Assembly: GCA_964540995.1 (NCBI GenBank)
Contig: CAZIOU010000005.1
Coordinates: 1-60,791 of the forward strand
Direction of reading: 5' to 3'
DNA length: 60,791 nt
Origin: an uncultured Gammaproteobacteria bacterium
GTDB lineage: Bacteria > Patescibacteriota > Patescibacteriia > UBA1558 > 2-01-FULL-52-15
Below, one piece after another: positions 47,329-57,135 of the stretch (its first letter is position 1; the number at the start of each line of letters is the position of its first letter). The position numbers and the translations under genes are program-made. The notes beneath the pieces are model-generated. The model was not told where the DNA came from. It saw only the letters and a list, made by a program, of their open reading frames with translations, and made no database searches.

Positions 47329-47718
47329 TTAACGAAGCACGATCTCGACTGGAAATCCCTCTGTCTCTATTCTGACAGGTGCTAGTCTCATTTGTTGGAG
47401 TTCATTCTCCAGCGTATCTACCCTCGTCCTCCAAGTTTGCTCCTCTTCCTCGAGACGAATCTTTTCGCTCGTCATCTCTTCGAGCTCCGCACGTGTTCGC
47501 TCCAAATGAACCAATTGATCTCGTAATTCTTGTATTACTTTGGTAGCTTTGACGCTGCCATCGAGAGAACGACAGTCGGAACAGATCAATCCATCGACAT
47601 TTTCAGCCACCAGAGTTCTTCCACTACTAACCTGTTCAATGAGAACACCGCTAACGACGAGGGAATTACCAAATCCCGACGACACCCATTGACCGCAAAC
47701 CAAGCAACCTTGCCGCAT
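47329..47718 (-). CDS. Zinc-ribbon + coiled-coil protein, 129 aa (orphan)
   Basis: CLVC...CSDC pairs, then a heptad-like ELRDQLVHLERTRAELEEMTSEKIRLEEEEQTWRTRVDTLENELQQ. CAGGAGGTGGG lies upstream. It begins 21 nt after the glyQS stop. Confidence 0.55.
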   Translation of the reverse strand: MRQGCLVCGQWVSSGFGNSLVVSGVLIEQVSSGRTLVAENVDGLICSDCRSLDGSVKATKVIQELRDQLVHLERTRAELEEMTSEKIRLEEEEQTWRTRVDTLENELQQMRLAPVRIETEGFPVEIVLR

Positions 47719-47739
47719 ATCCCACCTCCTGGGAAAAAG

Positions 47740-49092
47740 TTACCCTTGTATCTTGTCTTGTATAAAGGTACGGACTTGGTCGATGCTGATACGCTCTTGC
47801 AACATCGTGTCGCGGTCGCGTACCGTTACTTTCTTATCTTCCAAAGAATCAAAATCAACCGTCACGCAATAAGGCGTACCAATCTCATCCTGACGACGAT
47901 AGCGCTTACCAATACTACCGGTTTCATCGTACTGCGTACGGAATTGCTTAGCTAAATCTTGAAATAACGGTTCAGACACTGATTGTAACTCGGGCTTCTT
48001 GGACAGAGGCAACACCGCTACCTTGATCGGGGCTAAGCGTTTATCTAAACGTAAGACCGTCTCGATCTCCTTGGAGCTTTCTGTCGTGGTACTACGGCCA
48101 CCTTCGATTTCTTCGTAGGCTTCCATCAAGAAAGCCAACGTCGCTCGGTCAGCACCAGAAGAAGTTTCGATAATATACGGGATATAATCGCTATTGTCTT
48201 CCGCTTTGACACCCAAATTCTGCTTGGAATATTCCTGATGGCGCGACAGATCCCAGTCTCCTCGATTATGAATACCTTCCATTTCTTTGAATCCATCATT
48301 ATCGTCACTAAAATCAAATTTGTACTCAATATCATAGGCCGCACGAGCATAATGAGCTCGTTTGTTGGCTGGGTGCTCGAATAATCGTAGGTGATCAGCC
48401 TTGATACCCAAATCTTGGTACCACTGCATGCGAGTAGCTTTCCACTGATCAAATGTTGCGTCAGCCAATGATGGCGGCAAGAAATACTGCATCTCCATCT
48501 GTTCGAATTCGCGCATACGGAAAGTAAAGTTCTTAGCCGTTATTTCATTGCGGAAGGCCTTACCAACTTGAGCAATACCAAAAGGCGGCTTGAGACGCAT
48601 ACTTTCCATCACATTCAAGAAGTTGAGGTAAATTCCCTGACAAGTCTCTCCCCGTAAATAAGCATCTTGCTTCTGTCCATCGACGACGCCTAACTCTGTC
48701 TTCATCAATAAATTAAAAGATCGTGGTTCGGTGAAGTCGCCGCCACAATTGGGGCATTTAATATCAGCAATAGATTTACCAGTCTCTTCTTCTAAATGAT
48801 CAGCTCGGAAGCGCATCTTACATTTCTTACAGTCAACCAAAGGATCGGTGAAATTCTCCAGATGACCAGAGGCCTTCCAGACAATCTCTGGTGTCAGGAT
48901 AGCTGAGTCCAGACCAACGATATCGCGTCGGCTAGTCATAGCCCGCCACCAAGCCTGCTTAACATTATTCTTCAATTCCACGCCCAAAGGGCCGTAATCA
49001 TAGGTTGCGGCTAAGCCACCATAAATCTCGGCCGAAGGGTAGATAAAACCACGGCGCTTAGCGAGGTTGATAACTTTTTCGATAGTTCTCAT
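47740..49092 (-). CDS. glyQS: Glycine--tRNA ligase (dimeric GlyQS type)
   Basis: NLAKRRGFIYPSAEIYGGLAATYDYGPLGVELKNN, FRNEITAKNFTFRMREFEQME and ETSSGADR. Confidence 0.93.
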   Translation of the reverse strand: MRTIEKVINLAKRRGFIYPSAEIYGGLAATYDYGPLGVELKNNVKQAWWRAMTSRRDIVGLDSAILTPEIVWKASGHLENFTDPLVDCKKCKMRFRADHLEEETGKSIADIKCPNCGGDFTEPRSFNLLMKTELGVVDGQKQDAYLRGETCQGIYLNFLNVMESMRLKPPFGIAQVGKAFRNEITAKNFTFRMREFEQMEMQYFLPPSLADATFDQWKATRMQWYQDLGIKADHLRLFEHPANKRAHYARAAYDIEYKFDFSDDNDGFKEMEGIHNRGDWDLSRHQEYSKQNLGVKAEDNSDYIPYIIETSSGADRATLAFLMEAYEEIEGGRSTTTESSKEIETVLRLDKRLAPIKVAVLPLSKKPELQSVSEPLFQDLAKQFRTQYDETGSIGKRYRRQDEIGTPYCVTVDFDSLEDKKVTVRDRDTMLQERISIDQVRTFIQDKIQG

Positions 49093-49189
49093 TGGAGGCA
49101 GTATAATGAAAGTTTATAGAGACTGCAAGTATTTAAGTTCTGTCCGGACACCGGATAGCGGATAGCGGATACCCTTGTAATTCTAAATT

Positions 49190-51892
49190 TTAGTTAAATT
49201 TTTCCGCTTTCTCAACTTCAATCACCCCACCCGGTTTCAACACTACCCGATCTCGACGGCCCAAACTACCCTTGAGCAAATATTGAGCCAAAGCATTATC
49301 GACACGTTCTTGGATGACGCGACGCAGTGGCCGTGCCCCAAAGACTGGATCGTAGCCAGCTTGAGCTAATTCTGCTTGAGCCTCTGGTGAAACAGTGAGG
49401 TGAATACCTTTGAGCTCCAAACGCTTAGCTACTCCTTGCAACATCAATCCAGCTACCAACAACAATTCCTTTTCCTGTAGCGGTTTGAAGACGACGATAC
49501 CATCGAAGCGATTGAGAAATTCTGGAGCGAAATAGCGCGTCAGCTCTTCTTTGACAATATGATCCTTGATCGTATCAAGAGCAATATTCTGAGCTACTTG
49601 TTGTTGGATATAGAGACTAGCAGCATTGGTCGTGGCGATGATAATCGTATTAGTAAAATCAATTACCCGACCCAAAGCATCCGTTAATCTACCATCTTCC
49701 ATCACTTGGAGGAAAATATTGAGAATATCTTTGTGAGCTTTGTCGATTTCATCCAGCAGTAGTACGGCAAATGGCGTCTTGCGCACCGCTTCTGTCAGGA
49801 TGCCGCCCTGACCAGAGCCAGGCATACCGATCAATCGAGCCACACTGTCTTGGAGTTGGTATTCACTCATATCGAGTCGGATCATCTTGGTCTCATCGCC
49901 GAAATAGCTCTCAGCTACCGCTTTGGCGAGTTCCGTCTTACCGACACCGGTCGGTCCGGCGAATAGTAGGTTAACGATGGGACGCTTCAGATCGCGCAGT
50001 TCGGTACGAGCGCGCTGCAAAGCATTAACGACCAACTTGACCGCTTCTTCTTGACCAACGATACGACGATGGATAATTTCTTCCAATTGTAATAATTTGG
50101 ACGACTCGGCCACAGTGATCTGCGACAAAGGAATATTGGTTTTATTGGATACTACTTGGGCTACATCTTCGGCCATTACCAGAGCAAACTGATTCTTATT
50201 CCGCGCTCCTACATTGGAAGCTACTTCTTGAATTACTGTAATGGCTTTGGCTGGCAGAAACTGATCATGGACATAACGATGCGAGAGTTCTACCGCTTTC
50301 TGCAAAGCACCATAGGTGAAGAATACATTATGCTGTCGCTCGAGATAGCCAACATTGGCTTCCAGTATTTTGATAGTTTCCGCTTCATCTGGTTCATCAA
50401 TTTTCAAAGTAGCAAATCCCGACATCAAGCTACTTTGCTCGATGTAAGCAGTGAAATCTTTGGGTGTGGTCGTTGCCAGCAGGACAATCCGCGGATCACG
50501 AATCTGTTCACTCAAAACTTCTGCCAGATCGACATTCTCCGTGCCAGCCGAACCGACACCGACGATATTATGAATATTTTCGATATACAAAATGATGTTA
50601 CCAGAACGGATAGCTTCATTGGTGATGGCTAATAATCGCTGCTGCAATTCTCCAGTTTCAGTAGCACCAGCCACGAGCTGTGATACCGAGATACTGACCA
50701 AGCGTTTGTCCTGAAGATACGACGGCACATCTTCAGCTGTCATACGCAGAGCCAAAGCATCAACTAAACTCTCTTTGCCCACACCCATCTCACCCACTAA
50801 TAGAATGGCTGATTTGCCAGCTTCTAATAGCCGGTACAACTGATCAGTGTAATTAGCCCGATCAATCGACAAGGGCACACCACCGCTGCGAGCGACAGCT
50901 GTCAGATCAGTACCGAAACGATCCAAAACTGGTGTCGCAGTCGCTGTATAAGAACGATTGATGGGACCTTTGGGCTTATGATGAGACTCATGACGATAGC
51001 GACGGTACTGATCAACTAGGCGACGCTCCATCTCCACCCACAGCAGCACACTCTGAACTACTTCCAGATCAACTTTGTAATCATCAAGCACCTCGACGAT
51101 GCGCTCATCACTGGTGACCAAACTGGCAAAAATATCAGTAATTTCTATTCGCTTGTGATTCTGCTCAACTGCGGTAACGAAAGCTTGGAGCAACACATTC
51201 ATCGTGGCTGTCGAGAATCCCCGCTCCTTAGACTGGCTAATTGATTTACCATTGATGGTGGCAATGCTGGCGCGAATATGTCGCATATCAATACCCAATC
51301 GCGCTCCAACCAAGACTACATCTGTCTGATCTAATATGGATTGAAAAAGGTGTAGTGGCTCAACTGGTTCTCGATGACTAGCCACGCTGCTATTCCAGAC
51401 CAAATCAAGATAACGAATTACTTCCGGCGCCAGATAATCGGCGATATTAATCTTCTTGCCCGCTGCTTTCAACAGCTTGACATCAATGTGCTTATATTCA
51501 CTAGCTGACCGCGATAAACGATACCAGAGATAACAATGTGTAACGATCAACAACCAAAATAAAATAATCGCTAGATCATTACCATACAGTAGCCGGTGAC
51601 CCAACAACCCAATATTCTGATCAGCTGCTAGAAGCAAACGCCAGACATTGATAATGTTGGCTACCAAAGCAACAAAAAGCAGACCGTTAATACCGGCTGA
51701 AACTGCGAACCGTAAGCGTCGTAGAGCGGTATGCAAGATACTCAACGGGTAGTGCCAGAAAAGGTAATTGGAACGAAAGACATAGGTCAGACCGCTCCCC
51801 TGACACTCACCACAAGTCATCACTCCTTGTCGACCACTGCCATGACAAGCGGAGCAATTCTGAAACTGAATCTGTTCTGGTACGGAGCTCAT
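49190..51892 (-). CDS. Atypical Clp/Hsp100 AAA+ protein: N-terminal DnaJ-type zinc finger + 2-3 TM helices + degenerate D1 + canonical D2
   Basis: CSACHGSGRQG..CGECQGSG, then hydrophobic helices. D1 has Walker A GEMGVGKES and Walker B ILYIENIH (both deviate from GxxGxGKT / hhhhDE). D2 is canonical (GPTGVGKTELAK, VLLLDEIDKAH, GARPLRR). There is no long M-domain and no IGF/IGL-type loop seen. Confidence 0.8.
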   Translation of the reverse strand: MSSVPEQIQFQNCSACHGSGRQGVMTCGECQGSGLTYVFRSNYLFWHYPLSILHTALRRLRFAVSAGINGLLFVALVANIINVWRLLLAADQNIGLLGHRLLYGNDLAIILFWLLIVTHCYLWYRLSRSASEYKHIDVKLLKAAGKKINIADYLAPEVIRYLDLVWNSSVASHREPVEPLHLFQSILDQTDVVLVGARLGIDMRHIRASIATINGKSISQSKERGFSTATMNVLLQAFVTAVEQNHKRIEITDIFASLVTSDERIVEVLDDYKVDLEVVQSVLLWVEMERRLVDQYRRYRHESHHKPKGPINRSYTATATPVLDRFGTDLTAVARSGGVPLSIDRANYTDQLYRLLEAGKSAILLVGEMGVGKESLVDALALRMTAEDVPSYLQDKRLVSISVSQLVAGATETGELQQRLLAITNEAIRSGNIILYIENIHNIVGVGSAGTENVDLAEVLSEQIRDPRIVLLATTTPKDFTAYIEQSSLMSGFATLKIDEPDEAETIKILEANVGYLERQHNVFFTYGALQKAVELSHRYVHDQFLPAKAITVIQEVASNVGARNKNQFALVMAEDVAQVVSNKTNIPLSQITVAESSKLLQLEEIIHRRIVGQEEAVKLVVNALQRARTELRDLKRPIVNLLFAGPTGVGKTELAKAVAESYFGDETKMIRLDMSEYQLQDSVARLIGMPGSGQGGILTEAVRKTPFAVLLLDEIDKAHKDILNIFLQVMEDGRLTDALGRVIDFTNTIIIATTNAASLYIQQQVAQNIALDTIKDHIVKEELTRYFAPEFLNRFDGIVVFKPLQEKELLLVAGLMLQGVAKRLELKGIHLTVSPEAQAELAQAGYDPVFGARPLRRVIQERVDNALAQYLLKGSLGRRDRVVLKPGGVIEVEKAEKFN

Positions 51893-52260
51893 AAGAAAAA
51901 GGATAATAATCGAACAACGACCAAAACTGGCAACCCCATCCAGACGATGATCAGCAAGAAATCAATAGCCAATAGTCCCAGCATGTAGATCGATCGACCG
52001 AACAGAATAGCCAAACGCATGAAGAAACTAATGATCCGTCCCTCACGATCATATTGACTAAACATAGGCAGAAATAAACTGCGCGCCAAAAGACCAAGCG
52101 CTAGGTAGCGTTCACTCGATCTCGCTTGCTGTGCCAATGACATAATCAGCTGACGTAAACCAACTGAATACCACCACAGTGGGAAATACAAAATATCTCC
52201 CACCAGTTCGATTAAAAAATATTTACCGCTAGCCAAAATAATTGACGATCGTACCGCCAT
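51889..52260 (-). CDS. Hypothetical membrane protein, 123 aa
   Basis: 3-4 hydrophobic helices. Its stop overlaps the Clp-like start (ATGA). Confidence 0.5.
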   Translation of the reverse strand: MAVRSSIILASGKYFLIELVGDILYFPLWWYSVGLRQLIMSLAQQARSSERYLALGLLARSLFLPMFSQYDREGRIISFFMRLAILFGRSIYMLGLLAIDFLLIIVWMGLPVLVVVRLLSFFL

Positions 52261-52286
52261 AATTAGCTATAGTATACCACAGGCTC

Positions 52287-53348
52287 TTACTTATTGCAGG
52301 CGCAGATGCGATTGAATCCTGGGATACCGACAGTACCCGTACAGGCACCGCTGCCAGAAGCGCGATAATAACAGGCCGATGTACCAACGTCAAAATAAGG
52401 CGCTTTATTACTAGCAACTGAAGAGCAAATTGAGCAGGTCAAAAAGGCGTTAGCGATTGCACATGAGGCATTATCATTCCAAGTTGATACGGTACACCCC
52501 GCATGACCTGCACATACGGTCGTACAACTAGTTGCGTCATCAGGTGCCTGATACCAGCAGTAACCACCACTATAAACTCCTCCGGAATCACAGGTACCTA
52601 GGCAAGCAGCTTGAGTAATGCAAGCATTGCAACTGGCTGTGTTGCAAGCATACTTACTACTGGTACAGGTAACTCCATCATAGACATAGCCTGCATAGCT
52701 GTAGCTGGCATTATTGGGACAGACAGTACCAGTGTAATCACAGACTTCTGCACCACCGACACTGCCATCACCGCAAGCGACGGAGGCAACGTAGGTTGGT
52801 AAATTGACACGTGAAGCTATCTGTACTGAACCGCTATAACTAGAGCAAGCTCCTAGTATTAGGGTGTTGGTATTGGAACGAGTGATATAATAGCCCGTAT
52901 CGGTCGTCGCTGTTTTGGTCGGATCGATGGGTAAGTCACCCAGATACGGTCCAATGAAATTAGTATCCGTCACCACCTGACACGTATTGGACTGTCCATT
53001 GCAGGTCAAGGTTGAGGACGATGAACAGAGGACATATTTCTGACCCGATTGGATACCAGCAGCCGCGATCTGTGACGGCGGAGCACCATAATCGGCGGTA
53101 TATAGTTCGATCGCCCGAGCGATGGACTCCAGATCGGTCTTGCGTCGAGCATCGTTGCTATCCCCGATACGTTTGGCGGGGTTCAAAGCAACGAATAAGC
53201 CAGCAGCGATGACCGCCACTATACCAATAGTTATAAGTAATTCAATCAGGGTGAAGCCGTGGGTCTGAACTAAATATTTCTCGCGACGAGAAAAAATAAT
53301 CGAAGAGACGATATCAATAGCCCGCTTATAATTTCTAACGGGATTCAT
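52287..53348 (-). CDS. Type IV pilin-like protein with Cys-rich C-terminal domain
   Basis: Prepilin signal QTHG/FTLIELLITIGIVAV. A long Cys-rich C-terminal region ends ..YYRASGSGACTG..RICACNK, paralleling ..YYRASGSSYCNN..RLCACNS of 39207-40028. The ATG at 53348 is preferred over the GTG at 53372. Confidence 0.75.
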   Translation of the reverse strand: MNPVRNYKRAIDIVSSIIFSRREKYLVQTHGFTLIELLITIGIVAVIAAGLFVALNPAKRIGDSNDARRKTDLESIARAIELYTADYGAPPSQIAAAGIQSGQKYVLCSSSSTLTCNGQSNTCQVVTDTNFIGPYLGDLPIDPTKTATTDTGYYITRSNTNTLILGACSSYSGSVQIASRVNLPTYVASVACGDGSVGGAEVCDYTGTVCPNNASYSYAGYVYDGVTCTSSKYACNTASCNACITQAACLGTCDSGGVYSGGYCWYQAPDDATSCTTVCAGHAGCTVSTWNDNASCAIANAFLTCSICSSVASNKAPYFDVGTSACYYRASGSGACTGTVGIPGFNRICACNK

Positions 53349-53374
53349 GTCATAATTATAGCACAAATCCACCG

Positions 53375-54630
<1,256 letters not shown>

Positions 54631-54635
54631 CATAT

Positions 54636-56387
54636 CTACTGAACCACCGTTCCCACATCTCCCGATATAGTCGAGCTGACTTGGGAACTGCGTAGAGCAG
54701 AGCTCTTGGTCTGGAAGGGAACATCACCCTGCGCGCTGACACTGACTGGATTGACTAAGGTTAACAATTGACCGACTTGATCTTTGGTTGGCTTGACCAC
54801 AACTTCAAAGGCGGCCTGCAGTGGCGGCAAGGTGGAGCTGAACTGATCAATCTGCCAGGTCAAACGTCGAGAATCGCTATCATAGTTGAGATTCCCTTCA
54901 TCGATCGAATCACTCTTCACATAATTCACATCCGGCGGCAAAATGGCTGACGCGCTAACAGTCGAATACTTGGCAGCACCATTGTCGATCGACCAGATGA
55001 TGACATACTGCGTCGTCTTGTCTACACGCGGTGGTAGCGAACCAGAACCCACTTGCTTACCGGCTAACTGCCAGTAGGCCCCTTGGCTAAATGACAAGCC
55101 ATCACCAATCGAAGCGACTATTAGTGGTGATACCATCTGCCAATTATCCAGACCACCGATCGTCAGCTTAGCAACCGAATCGATAGTTGAGCGGCCTGTC
55201 TTGGCTTTGGACTGAATAGCAATACTCCACTGATAGGTGATCGATTTACCAGCACCCAAGGTCAGACCCTTCCACACTAGATTATTGGCATCGCGAGTAC
55301 CGTCACCTTGGAAGGTCGACCAATCGAGGACATCGCTATCCATCAAGACACTAAGCTGGGCTTCCGTAACATCGAGCGCCGAGCCATTGGTAATTGATAA
55401 TTGATAATTGAGCTTCTGACCCCAATCGGCTGGGAAATCTTTGGTCTTGCCGTTGACTGATAGCTCCATCTGTAATTGCGGATCGATGAGGGCAATATCT
55501 TTGCGCGTCTTCTGTAAATGATAAAGCTTATCACCTTGCTTATCACCAAATTCTACTAACCAATTCTGTGACCGTGTGGCGTCATGAGCGATAGTTCCAT
55601 TGATGACAAAGGTTAGCGACTTGCCAGCATCGATCGGGCCAGTCCAGCTATTGCTAGCGATGACTGGTGTACTGGAGGCGATCGTCAGATCTGGTGGCAA
55701 GGTGAAATCAGCTTGCAGGTTAGAAATAGTGCTGCTCGTCTGATTGGTCACAATGGCGGTTAATTGCAGTTCTTGTCCTGCTAATGCCTTATCTGGAGAT
55801 TGCAACTCAACTTTGAGCTTAGTATCGGTAATATGAGTCGAGATAGTTTTCTTCTCGGTGAAATCAGAGTTAAAATTCTCCGGCGTATAATTGAGACTAA
55901 ATACAGCGTCAGCTACTGCGTCTTTATCCCCTACCAATTGCCCTGTGATGGTCAGCGAAGCTGATTGACCGGCTACTAGATCTGGTAATTTCCAGGTGTT
56001 GGCGAAATTGTCTGTTGCTCCTTGTGTAGCAGTATCGAAATAGAAACCTTCTGGCCACTGCACATCGACTTCGACATTATTCAAAGCGACTTGATCATTG
56101 TTGGTATAGGTCAGATTGTAGGTCAGGGTATCACCTGATAGCGCTTCGCTCGGTCCAGAAACTTCCAAAGTAGCACTGCGTCCTTGGAATCCAGGCAAAC
56201 GATTATTCCACCAATACAATCCTCCGAGACCAGCGATGAAGACTAGGAATAAGAAAATAATCCACGACCGTAAAGGGTGGTGCTTGGGGTGACGCATCGT
56301 CTGATATTCAGTCGGTACAGCCTGTTTGCGACGATTGACGCGGACCGGTTTATCGGCTCGGAATTGAAGACGTTTGGTAGTAAACAT
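54636..56387 (-). CDS. Large membrane-anchored surface protein with repeated beta-rich (DUF11/CARDB-like) modules
   Basis: N-terminal basic region plus a TM helix (WIIFLFLVFIAGLGGLYWW), then repeating ~110-aa T/S/N/Q-rich units (..LTYNLTYTN.., ..LQLTAIVTNQ.., ..LNYQLSITNG..). Confidence 0.6.
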   Translation of the reverse strand: MFTTKRLQFRADKPVRVNRRKQAVPTEYQTMRHPKHHPLRSWIIFLFLVFIAGLGGLYWWNNRLPGFQGRSATLEVSGPSEALSGDTLTYNLTYTNNDQVALNNVEVDVQWPEGFYFDTATQGATDNFANTWKLPDLVAGQSASLTITGQLVGDKDAVADAVFSLNYTPENFNSDFTEKKTISTHITDTKLKVELQSPDKALAGQELQLTAIVTNQTSSTISNLQADFTLPPDLTIASSTPVIASNSWTGPIDAGKSLTFVINGTIAHDATRSQNWLVEFGDKQGDKLYHLQKTRKDIALIDPQLQMELSVNGKTKDFPADWGQKLNYQLSITNGSALDVTEAQLSVLMDSDVLDWSTFQGDGTRDANNLVWKGLTLGAGKSITYQWSIAIQSKAKTGRSTIDSVAKLTIGGLDNWQMVSPLIVASIGDGLSFSQGAYWQLAGKQVGSGSLPPRVDKTTQYVIIWSIDNGAAKYSTVSASAILPPDVNYVKSDSIDEGNLNYDSDSRRLTWQIDQFSSTLPPLQAAFEVVVKPTKDQVGQLLTLVNPVSVSAQGDVPFQTKSSALRSSQVSSTISGDVGTVVQ

Positions 56388-57135
56388 CGGTTAATAAAAA
56401 ACTATACATATCTAAGGTACGAAGTGGCCGCTCCAAGATATCACGGACATAGCGTTGGGTCAGACGCCACCAGGCTTCATCAGCCTTGGCTTGGCGCAGC
56501 TGCTCCACGATCGTTAACCAATTGGTTCCATCCGAGACAGCTAACTCACTAATAGCCTGACGTACGGCTGCGGGCACTAATAAAGGTGATAATTGACTAT
56601 GCTGATCACAGATGAAGCCACTTCCCGGATGATAATAGGTGGCCTGTTCTGCTATTACTGTAGCACAAAGCGCACAGCGCTGAAATGAAGCTTGCCAGCC
56701 AGCCACAGCCAATACGGTCCAGGTGAAGGCACGTACTGCTGCTACCCGATCAGGTAACGGTACTGTCTCATCATGAATCAACGTCAGGATAGCCCAGAGC
56801 AGATGATATTCACGCGCTGACTCTTGGCCTGACACATTGAGTGCCGTCACTAACTCCAAAACAAAAGATTCTAAGAGAGACAACTGCAACGAATCGCTGG
56901 GTCCAAAAGAATTTAAAATCGTCACACCAGCCACATGATCGTGTCGTCCGCGTCCGACTAATAATTTGACCCGATTACCAGGCCAGAGATGACCAGCTAG
57001 TTTACTGGAGCTACGACCAGCGCTCTTAAGTATCAGACGCAACTTGCCTTCCAAGGGTGTCAGTACATAGTACCAGCGGTCAGCTTCGCGCAGCGGTCGT
57101 GATCCCAATACTATAGCTTCAGTCTTGATAGCCAT
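56350..57135 (-). CDS. recO: DNA repair protein RecO
   Basis: EAIVLGSRPLREADRWYYVLTPLEGKLRLILKSA OB-fold N-terminus and a central Cys pair (CALC..). Its ATG shares 1 nt with the ileS stop codon (57135). Confidence 0.75.
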   Translation of the reverse strand: MAIKTEAIVLGSRPLREADRWYYVLTPLEGKLRLILKSAGRSSSKLAGHLWPGNRVKLLVGRGRHDHVAGVTILNSFGPSDSLQLSLLESFVLELVTALNVSGQESAREYHLLWAILTLIHDETVPLPDRVAAVRAFTWTVLAVAGWQASFQRCALCATVIAEQATYYHPGSGFICDQHSQLSPLLVPAAVRQAISELAVSDGTNWLTIVEQLRQAKADEAWWRLTQRYVRDILERPLRTLDMYSFLLTDVYYQTSSIPSR

